Of a stretch of 64,000 nt of DNA, positions 27,401-39,400 are shown in pieces (position 1 is the stretch's first letter; each line of letters begins with the position of its first letter). This DNA comes from Antedon mediterranea. Taxonomy: Eukaryota; Animalia; Echinodermata. The stretch covers positions 28,951,648-29,015,647 of the forward strand of contig NC_092673.1 of the NCBI RefSeq assembly GCF_964355755.1, in the 5' to 3' direction. Made by a program: the position numbers and the translations under genes. A model generated the notes under the pieces. It ran no database searches and had not been told where the DNA came from. It saw only the letters and a program-made list of their open reading frames with translations.

Positions 27401-30400
27401 CGGTGGCTGACTATAAAGATCCCCTTCCCTTCCTGCTGTAGGCCTACCTCTCTCTTACGCCCGTATTCTTAAACCGGACTTTAGTCGTAGTTCGAGCTAA
27501 AACTTAAAAAATGACGTCATTTTAATTCATAAACCGAACTTCAACTAAATCACCGACTAAATCAGGCCAACCTCGACTAAATCGAGACGGATTTTGATCG
27601 ATTTTTTTAGTCCTGGAGGGGGCAGACTAAATGGTCGACTAAATGGTTTTTAAACGATGTTTATAAAAAACGTAACAATCATTGAGTTGTTATATTGGCC
27701 AGATATTGATGAATGAAATATCTATATTTATATTAGCTTAATTAAATATACATTGGTATAAATTATAATAATGAAAATCATCTTTATTTACAACTGTATA
27801 CAAATTACATTATTTTCTTCGCGCAAGTCCGACTTGAGCTACGTCACGCCATAGCGACAATGGGAGATGCGGCAATTCACCACGCGATGGAATGTTTAGG
27901 GGGCCTAGCGCTTTCTTGTCACGCTATGAAGTGCGTGGTTCGTGGCGATCATACTTTGTTGGGGCCTAAAAAATATAAAAGTTACCGTACCGCCATGGTT
28001 CCTAAATATATTTTTAAGATTTTATTTGTTGTTAATCAAATATACTTCACTGTTAAATTAATACTGATATTGTTCTAATAATTAACGATTAAAATTATTT
28101 TTCATGTATATAGTCCTGATGCGTAAAAAGTGTTGTAAGAAATGGAAAGTGATATCAATGCGCAAAATTTCGTCTGCTCCTCAAATACTCTCTTGTCATT
28201 GGCCAATGTATAGCCTTTGTTACCCAGACGTGTGCAACTCGACTAAAAGCTCGACTTCATTAAGTCGAACTGCAAACTTCGACTACTTCGTTTTTGAATC
28301 GAATTTGAAGTAATAGCTCGAACTACGACTTTTCCAAGTCGAACTTCGAACTACGACTAAAGTCCGGTTTAAGAATACGGGCGTTAGTCTTCCCTTTAAT
28401 GGCCTGTCACGATAAATATGGTCCGGGGCCAAAATCGGTCCGGCCGGACCAGTTTTGGCTCTAAAATTGTAGCCAAAAGCAGTCCGCCACTGCCAAAATC
28501 GGTCCGGGCTTTTCTTCTGTCGATTTTAATTGAATTACTAGGCCTATGATGCTGTTTTAAGTTGTTTATGGCTAGAAAAATATCCCATGATATATATTAG
28601 TAAGTTATCTTGTCGGATAAATACTATAAATAAATGTATTTTATCTAAAAACATGACTTAGGTGTTCACTCATATTTCGGCCTGCCACACACTCACACGA
28701 ACGGGTATGAGACGCTGATATTGCCAGCTAGATTTTATTTATGATTGAGGCATTTTTCCTTCCTCAGCCTAATCAATATTGGATAATTGTTTTATAATAA
28801 TTGTATTGAATTGATATATTGATTGATTAACCATAAATAATTAATAAATTAAATTGTTTTTAACATCATGGGGAAACGAAGATGTTAAAAAAGAACAATA
28901 TGGATTAAAAACAGGCAGAGATACATATTGTATACAAAAAGCCTAACAATTAGTACTTATTATTGATGAGTTACTACTAATAATGATAACTAGAAAAACA
29001 GGCTTAATTTATAATATTAAAATAACAAATAAAACCCATAGTTTTCAATATAATGACTAATACATTTTTTTTTTATGATATAATACATTATGACTCATTT
29101 TGCGCACCATATATTTGTAAGACCGGACCATATTTGGTGGCCAAAAACAGTCCTACTGCCCGGACCGATTTTATCCAGGCCGGACCAGTTTTGGCGGCCA
29201 AAATTGGTCCGGCCGGACAGGTTTTGGCAGCCATAAATGGTCCCCCGGACTGATTTTGGCAGCCAAAACTGGTCCGCCGGACCGATTTTGGCCCGGACTG
29301 ATTTTGGTGTGACAGGCCAATGTCCACTACATAATCCATTGCCAACTTGAATTTTTTTAAACAATAATATTGGTTCAAATGTTTCAAATTTGATGCACTT
29401 GATTGTATGACCCACTATATTAAAGTTTAAAAGAGGTAAAAAAAATATAGTTACTGCAGTAACTTCAGTGGAATAATTTTGACACACCTTGTAGTTGTTA
29501 ATTCAGAGTGGAGTAACTGGAGCGAATGTAGCGCTACTTGTGGTACAGCTACAAAGACACGTAGCAGACCGTGTGTAACCACCGACTGTGTTGGTGAAAC
29601 TACGGAAATAGTAGCATGTGATCTCGATGAATGTGAGAATGGTAAGAAACACAAAAACATTAATGTCTTCAATGATTTTGATTAAGAATAATAATTATTA
29701 AAGATGTATTGTCCCTTTGCCTAATTCTAAAAAAATAAAAGATTTCGAAAAAAGGTGGCTAATTTTGAAGTATCATAATAATTATTAACTTTCACCAAAA
29801 ATTTTTCGAAAAAAAAAATCATTTAACTGAAATACAGACGTTTTTTTGTTAAAAAAATAACTTTGACTTCCAGTCAAAGTTTTCGATCAAAACATATCCC
29901 ATAATGAAACGCGCTTGTTTGGCTACTCTGTATGCAATCATAAAACTGTGTGAAAATACCTTAATCTCAACCGTGACGAGTTGTAAACAATCCTAATTAG
30001 CATATGCATAATGCGTACTCATGGTTTGAAATCTTTGTTTACTTTCGCTCGCGACGATTTTCCAGATAAAATGTAATCAAACTAATTTACCTGTTAATTA
30101 CGTAAACTTCGAATTTTCGACTTAAAGTGAATAACTTTAATATTACTTTGATATGGCCACTTTAAATTTAGAATATTTTGACCTTCATTTTTTTGTGTTT
30201 AAAGGGACAATACATCTTTAAAGATGTAAAAAACATGAACAAATTAGATTTTGAATAGGCCATTTTGTAGGTTTAATAAAGTTGATCACTTCTCCAGAAA
30301 AAAAAATTAATGTTTTCACTTATAAAAAGACAAATAAAATTGGCTAGCAGCCAATTTGATAATTTTTTGCTTTAAATTATTTGTTCAGATTTGTCCTAAA

Positions 30401-33400
30401 TTATTAGGCATATAGAACATCAAAATGGCATATTCAACAAAATTTGGAACAATTATTTTTTCAGCAGGGACAATACATCTTTTATCTTAATTAGTATTAA
30501 GCTTTGATCTAACTGGCACAGACAACTTGCCTTCTATTCTTGACGCATACTGTACTTCTAATTTACAATATGCTGATACTCCCAATTATTGATTTGGAGC
30601 ACCAGAAGCAGCAGTAACACCTCTATAAAAGATGCTAAATAGAGCTCACCCTCTCATACACCCACTAATTACTTTTGTTTGTGTTTGGAACTTCTGTGTT
30701 CAAACAACTTGACTTAGTTCAATGTATCACTCTCTTCTGTTTATTTAGTGCATGATGGAAAAGGTACATTTAATGAATTTATTTACTTTACAGCTGGTCA
30801 ACTTGGCCCTGTCTGTGTTTTTATATTGTGATCTTATATTTCTCGGTGGTTAATTACAAACATGAACCTGTTTTTACTCTATTTTTAAAATTTTTTATAT
30901 AAATAATTTAATTCATGTTTGAAATGTACCAATTATTCAAGATTGATTATCAAACGCTTTGTGACCAACAATCGTCCAATCAAATGAGAAGAATATATTA
31001 AGGTGTGTTATTTAAATAACAAAAATTTAAAGACAAAATAGATGGTTAATTTTAATCAAAAACCAAAGACAATTTAGGTATTTTTGCTTTAAATTACATT
31101 TTTTTTGTTTTGGAAAATAATTTTTTTTTTTCAGTTTTGGGTCAAAGTGAATAACTATATTATTTTTAAAATGGCATATTCAATAAAAAAAAATTAGGGT
31201 AGTTTTTAGGGGGGACAATATATCTTCAATATTTACTATAAATAAAAATCTGAATCAATTAATAGTCTTGTGAAGTCTACTGATTTATTTACATCTATTT
31301 TATAAATTCCTCAAATTTATACTGTACATAAATGGAATAGGCCTATATTAATTTTACAACTTTGTGTGATTTTTAGAACCACACAACGGTAAATGTCCTC
31401 TTTTGACAACTGAGGAGCTAATGGCACGTTGCCCAAACACTGAATGTGAGACGGACACAGAGTGTGCTGATATGCAGAAATGCTGCCGTCTTTCTTGTAA
31501 ACATGGTGCTCGCGGATGCGTTGACGTCCAACCCAGTAGAAGCTTACAACACGGAGTTTTCACAGAAGGTGCTGTATCTCTATTTGCTTATTTTTTTATA
31601 AATAAGAAATTAATCAAAAAATGAACTTTGTTGGTAATGTTTTTTTTTTTCAAATTGTAAATTGTTTTCTAATACAAGATTTGACACCTATAATTTTTTA
31701 TTTTTCCTAAAAAACACAAAAACCGGTAAAAAAGTAATGAAAGTATTAATATATAGGCAACAAAATATAGATTACACTGTTTTGACTTTTTTGATATTTA
31801 TTTTTTTTTAGCATCCTATTGCTAATTTTGTCTTCCTCAACCTTGCTTTACAAACAACGATTGTACGTCAATAAATCAAGAGTTTAAGTGTTGTACAACA
31901 ATTTGATGATTTTATATACACTATTTTTTATAAATGTAATATAAGTATATTTGGTATCTGAGTCTCAAATTATTAACGCAATATTATTAGTTCATTGTGC
32001 GCATGCTCCCCACCTTGAAACAGATCCAGACAATGACCGACGAAACATCGATTATCTCACCTAGGTTGGTTGGTGGTTGGCGCGAATCGAAAGATCCCTT
32101 TTTTGAATTGAATTAAAGCTTTAAACTTTCTTTTTGCGAGATAAAAACAGTAGACAAATATGTTTATGTTAATAGTTCTTTATGTATTTATATAAATTGT
32201 AATTATCCAATCTTATATTTTTTTAATATACTGATTGCAATACAGATTATTGAAGTTGAAAAATAATAAAAGTAACATTTTATTTTAGGTACACTTCCAA
32301 TTTGCTCTGATTGCTCAGAAACAAAGTGTACAACAGACGTTGATTGTGTGTGGCTAGGTGATTATGATACATGCTGTGTGAATATGTATCAAGGTGATCA
32401 AGTCTGTGGTGTTCCAATGAGAACTTTAAATTCTAGTAAGCTCCAACATTGTATATCATAAAACTTTGAATGAAGCCCATGGGCTTCTTTTTTTATTGCT
32501 CTGGAGTGGAGTTTCCTTTCAAGATGGGCTTCTTTTTCGAGGTTACTTTTGCAAACGGAAGAGGAGGCTTCTTTTTTTCTTTTCTTTTGTGAATTGCTAC
32601 TAAAATAATAAGATAAGAGACATCTGCCAAGTTTAAATATTTATGATCAAACGATTTTTAAACATATGTATGATATAAACTCGATCATACATTATATCTG
32701 GCATTAAATCGCCTTGTTTCTTTGATATTCAAATTGTCTATCTAAAAAAGAAGCTCATATTATCTTGAAAAGAAGCCCGATGGGCTTCTTTTCGAGATTA
32801 GATTTTTAGACCAAAGAGGGGGCTTCTTTTTGAGTTGGGCTTCTTTTCAAGGTTTTTATTTACAAGAAGTTTCATATTACAATAAGGATAAATAATAATA
32901 GTATTAACATTGTTAAATAATTAACAGGTAAATTAGTTTGATTACATTTCGCCTGGAAAATCGTCGCGAGCGAAAGTAAACAAAGATTTCAAACCACGAG
33001 TACACATTATGCATGATGCTAATTAGGATTGTTTACAACTTGTCACGGTTGAGAAGGTATTTTCACACAGATCGCGAGGAAGTTTTATGATTATGCATAC
33101 AGAGTAACCAAACAAACGCGTTTCATTATGGGATATGTTTTGATCGAAAACTTTGACTGGAAGTCAAAGTTATTTTTTTAGCAAAAAAACGTCTGTATTT
33201 CAGTTAAATGATTTTTTTTTCAACAAATTTTTGGTGATAGTTAATAACTATTATGATACTTCAAAATGACCCACCTTTTTTCGAAATCTGTTATTTTTTA
33301 TTTTTTTGGAATTAGTCAAAGGGACAATACATCTTTAATATTACTTTGATATGGCCACTTTAAATTTAGAATATTTTGACCTTCATTTTTTTGTGTTTCA

Positions 33401-36400
33401 AGGGACAATACATCTTTAAAGATGTAAAAAACATGAACAAATTAGATTTTGAATAGGCCATTTTGTAGGTTTAATAAAGTTGATCACTTCTCCAGAAAAA
33501 AAAATTAATGTTTTCACTTATAAAAAGTGTATTTGCTTATTTTTTTATAAATAAGAAATTAATCAAAAAATGAACTTTGTTGGTAATGTTTTTTTTTTCA
33601 AATTGTTTTCTAATACAAGATTTGACACCTATAATTTTTAATTTTTCCTAAAAAACACAAAAACCGGTAATAAAGTAATGAAAGTAGTAACATATAGGCA
33701 ACAAAATATAGATTACACTATTTTGACTTTTTTTATATTTATTTTTTTTTAGCATCCTATTGCTAATTTTGTCTTCCTCAACCTTGCTTTACAAACAACG
33801 ATTGTACGTCAATAAATCAAGAGTTTAAGTGTTGTACAACAATTTGATGATTTTATATACACTATTTTTTATAAATGTAATATAAGTATATTTGGTATCT
33901 GAGTCTCAAATTATTAACGCAATATTATTAGTTTATTGTGCGCATGCTCCCCACCTTGAAACAGATCCAGACAATGACCGACGAAACATCGATTATCTCA
34001 CCTAGGTTGGTTGGTGGTTGGCGCGAATCGAAAGATCCCTTTTTTGAATTGAATTAAAGCTTTAAACTTTCTTTTTGCGAGATAAAAACAGTAGACAAAT
34101 AGATATCCTTTTATATACAGTGTACGTTGTCTCCTTTTAAAAATATGTTTATGATAATAGTTCTTTATGTATTTATATAAATTGTAATTATCCAATCTTA
34201 TATTTTTTTAATATACTGATTGCAATAAAGATTATTGAAGTTGAAAAATAATAAAAATAACATTTTATTTTAGGTACACTTCCAATTTGCTCTGATTGCT
34301 CAGAAACAAAGTGTACAACAGACGTTGATTGTGTGTGGCTAGGTGATTATGATACATGCTGTGTGAATATGTATCAAGGTGATCAAGTCTGTGGTGTTCC
34401 AATGAGAACTTTAAATTCTGGTAAGCTCCAACATTGTATATCATAAAACTTTGAATGAAGCCCATGGGCTTCTTTTTTTATTGCTCTGGAGTGGAGTTTC
34501 CTTTCAAGATGGGCTTCTTTTTCGAGGTTACTTTTGCAAACGGAAGAGGAGGCTTCTTTTTTTCTTTTCTTTTGTGAATTGCTACTAAAATAATAAGATA
34601 AGAGACATCTGCCAAGTTTAAATATTTATGATCAAACGATTTTTAAACATATGTATGATATAAACTCGATCATACATTATATCTGGCATTAAATCGCCTT
34701 GTTTCTTTGATATTCAAATTGTCTATCTAATAAAGAAGCTCATATTATCTTCTTTTCGAGATTAGATTTTTAGACCAAAGAGGGGGCTTCTTTTTGAGTT
34801 GGGCTTCTTTTCAAGGTTTTTGTTTACAAGAAGTTTCATATTACAATAAGGATAAATAATAATAGTATTAACATTGTTAAATAATTAACAGGTAAATTAG
34901 TTTGATTACATTTCACCTGGAAAATCGTCGCGAGCGAAAGTAAACAAAGATTTCAAACCACGAGTACACATTATGCATGATGCTAATTAGGATTGTTTAC
35001 AACTTGTCACGGTTGAGAAGGTATTTTCACACAGATCGCGAGGAAGTTTTATGATTATGCATACAGAGTAACTAAACAAACGCGTTTCATTATGGGATAT
35101 GTTTTGATCGAAAACTTTGACTGGAAGTCAAAGTTATTTTTTTAGCAAAAAAACGTCTGTATTTCAGTTAAATGATTTTTTTTTCAACAAATTTTTGGTG
35201 ATAGTTAATAACTATTATGATACTTCAAAATGACCCACCTTTTTTCGAAATCTGTTATTTTTTATTTTTTTTGGAATTGGTCAAAGGGACAATATATCTT
35301 TAATATTACTTTGATATGGCCACTTTAAATTTAGATTATTTTGACCTTCATTTTTTTGTGTTTCAAGCGACAATACATCTTTAAAGATGTAAAAAACATG
35401 AACAAATTAGATTTTGAATAGGCCATTTTGTAGGTTTAATAAAGTTGATCACTTCTCCAGAAAAAAAAATTAATGTTTTCACTTATAAAAAGTGTATTTG
35501 CTTATTTTTTTATAAATAAGAAATTAATCAATAAATGAACTTTGTTGGTAATGTTTTTTTTTTCAAATTGTTTTCTAATACAAGATTTGACACCTATAAT
35601 TTTTAATTTTTCCTAAAAAGCACAAAAACCGGTAAAAAAGTAATGAAAGTAGTAACATATAGGCAACAAAATATAGATTACACTGTTTTGACTTTTTTTA
35701 TATTTATTTTTTTTTAGCATCCTATTGCAACGATTGTACGTCAATAAATCAAGAGTTTAAGTGTTGTACAACAATTTGATGATTTTATATACACTATTTT
35801 TTATAAATGTAATATAAGTATATTTGGTATCTGAGTCTCAAATTATTAACGCAATATTATTAGTTCATTGTGCGCATGCTCCCCACCTTGAAACAGATCC
35901 AGACAATGACCGACGAAACATCGATTATCTCACCTAGGTTGGTTGGTGGTTGGCGCGAATCGAAAGATCCCTTTTTTGAATTGAATTAAAGCTTTAAACT
36001 TTCTTTTTGCGAGATAAAAACAGTAGACAAATAGATATCCTTTTATATACAGTGTACGTTGTCTCCTTTTAAAAATATGTTTATGATAATAGTTCTTTAT
36101 GTATTTATATAAATTGTAATTATCCAATCTTATATTTTTTTAATATACTGATTGCAATAAAGATTATTGAAGTTGAAAAATAATAAAAGTAACATTTTAT
36201 TTTAGGTACACTTCCAATTTGCTCTGATTGCTCAGAAACAAAGTGTACAACAGACGTTGATTGTGTGTGGCTAGGTGATTATGATACATGCTGTGTGAAT
36301 ATGTATCAAGGTGATCAAGTCTGTGGTGTTCCAATGAGAACTTTAAATTCTAGTAAGCTCCAACATTGTATATCATAAAACTTTGAATGAAGCCCATGGG

Positions 36401-39400
36401 CTTCTTTTTTTATTGCTCTGGAGTGGAGTTTCCTTTCAAGATGGGCTTCTTTTTCGAGGTTACTTTTGCAAACGGAAGAGGAGGCTTCTTTTTTTCTTTT
36501 CTTTTGTGAATTGCTACTAAAATAATAAGATAAGAGACATCTGCCAAGTTTAAATATTTATGATCAAACGATTTTTAAACATATGTATGATATAAACTCG
36601 ATCATACATTATATCTGGCATTAAATCGCCTTGTTTCTTTGATATTCAAATTGTCTATCTAAAAAAGAAGCTCATATTATCTTGAAAAGAAGCCCGATGG
36701 GCTTCTTTTCGAGATTAGATTTTTAGACCAAAGAGGGGGCTTCTTTTTGAGTTGGGCTTCTTTTCAAGGTTTTTATTTACAAGAAGTTTCATATTACAAT
36801 AAGGATAAATAATAATAGTATTAACATTGTTAAATAATTAACAGGTAAATTAGTTTGATTACATTTCGCCTGGAAAATCGTCGCGAGCGAAAGTAAACAA
36901 AGATTTCAAACCACGAGTACACATTATGCATGATGCTAATTAGGATTGTTTACAACTTGTCACGGTTGAGAAGGTATTTTCACACAGATCGCGAGGAAGT
37001 TTTATGATTATGCATACAGAGTAACTAAACAAACGCGTTTCATTATGGGATATGTTTTGATCGAAAACTTTGACTGGAAGTCAAAGTTATTTTTTTAGCA
37101 AAAAAACGTCTGTATTTCAGTTAAATGATTTTTTTTTCAACAAATTTTTGGTGATAGTTAATAACTATTATGATACTTCAAAATGACCCACCTTTTTTCG
37201 AAATCTGTTATTTTTTATTTTTTTTGGAATTGGTCAAAGGGACAATATATCTTTAATATTACTTTGATATGGCCACTTTAAATTTAGATTATTTTGACCT
37301 TCATTTTTTTGTGTTTCAAGCGACAATACATCTTTAAAGATGTAAAAAACATGAACAAATTAGATTTTGAATAGGCCATTTTGTAGGTTTAATAAAGTTG
37401 ATCACTTCTCCAGAAAAAAAAATTAATGTTTTCACTTATAAAAAGTGTATTTGCTTATTTTTTTATAAATAAGAAATTAATCAAAAAATGAACTTTGTTG
37501 GTAATGTTTTTTTTTTCAAATTGTTTTCTAATACAAGATTTGACACCTATAATTTTTAATTTTTCCTAAAAAGCACAAAAACCGGTAAAAAAGTAATGAA
37601 AGTAGTAACATATAGGCAACAAAATATAGATTACACTGTTTTGACTTTTTTTATATTTATTTTTTTTTAGCATCCTATTGCAACGATTGTACGTCAATAA
37701 ATCAAGAGTTTAAGTGTTGTACAACAATTTGATGATTTTATATACACTATTTTTTATAAATGTAATATAAGTATATTTGGTATCTGAGTCTCAAATTATT
37801 AACGCAATATTATTAGTTCATTGTGCGCATGCTCCCCACCTTGAAACAGATCCAGACAATGACCGACGAAACATCGATTATCTCACCTAGGTTGGTTGGT
37901 GGTTGGCGCGAATCGAAAGATCCCTTTTTTGAATTGAATTAAAGCTTTAAACTTTCTTTTTGCGAGATAAAAACAGTAGACAAATAGATATCCTTTTATA
38001 TACAGTGTACGTTGTCTCCTTTTAAAAATATGTTTATGATAATAGTTCTTTATGTATTTATATAAATTGTAATTATCCAATCTTATATTTTTTTAATATA
38101 CTGATTGCAATAAAGATTATTGAAGTTGAAAAATAATAAAAGTAACATTTTATTTTAGGTACACTTCCAATTTGCTCTGATTGCTCAGAAACAAAGTGTA
38201 CAACAGACGTTGATTGTGTGTGGCTAGGTGATTATGATACATGCTGTGTGAATATGTATCAAGGTGATCAAGTCTGTGGTGTTCCAATGAGAACTTTAAA
38301 TTCTGGTAAGCTCCAACATTGTATATCATAAAACTTTGAATGAAGCCGATGGGCTTCTTTTTTTTATTACTCTGGAGTGGAGTTTCCTTTCAAGATGGGC
38401 TTCTTTTTCGAGGTTACTTTTGCAAACGGAAGAGGAGGCTTCTTTTTTTCTTTTCTTTTGTAAATTGCTACTAAAATGATAAGATAAGAGACATCTGCCA
38501 AGTTTAAATATTTATGATCAAACGATTTTTAAACGTATGTATGATATAAACTCGATCATACATTATATCTGGCATTAAATCGCCTTGTTTCTTTGATATT
38601 CAAATTGTCTATCTAAAAAAGAAGCTCATATTATCTTGATTCTTTTCGAGAGGGGGATTCTTTTTGAGGTGGGCTTCATTTCAAGGTTTTTATTTACAAG
38701 AAGTTTCATATTACAATAAGGATAAATAATAATAGTATTAACATTGTTAAATGTTACAGTTCTTTACGCTGCCAAATTCCATAGGTCACACATTATACTT
38801 TTTGATACCACCTGTATTTTTCAAATAGACTACAGGTATTTCAAGAGGTTTCCAAGCGACATGGGCCCATGGTTTCCTCTTGGGCTTTTTGCCAAATGTT
38901 TTATAAATAAATTAATATTTATTATATATTTTCATTGATAGGGTTGAATGACATATGTAGAACACCAGATAAATTCACCATCACATACTTACTATGTAAA
39001 ACTGATGCCAACTGTAAACAGGGTACGTTTTGCTGTTTCGGTGCTGGTATCCCGTATTGTGTTAAGCCAAAGAGTAAAGCGTTACTGTTCGGTAAGATCT
39101 TATGTTAAATTATTGTCATAATTGCTATTATTTTCCCATTTTTATCTTTTTGGTATTCTGTCTTTAGTTAAATTTCAATTTCTACTTTATTTTTTCTTAC
39201 TGTTTGTCTGTTGCACAAAAATAGATGTCTTATGAATTGAATATTGTTTGATTATAATCACATGCTCAAGTATGATGTGATTACTGCCATCTCAAAGGGT
39301 TTAGGCCTGGACCTGGCCTCTTGTTAAAAGAATAGTCATCACTGATTATGATATAGTGGAGCAAAACTTTTTACTTTTGTTATTTTTCAGATTCAAACCC

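Larger units (their letters stand above)
31578..38750 (+). repeat. Near-identical ~1.95-kb tandem duplication, about 3.7 units, each with one coding exon
   Basis: Exon starts at 32289, 34274, 36206, 38159 (periods 1985, 1932, 1953); introns are nearly identical. Confidence 0.95.

Noticed and set aside
29053-29487. Overlapping 66-130 aa ORFs
   Set aside because: They arise from the GC-rich subterminal repeats of a TIR element.
33998-38080. Three identical 65-aa minus-strand ORFs
   Set aside because: AT-rich intronic sequence copied by the tandem array, with no recognisable protein features.
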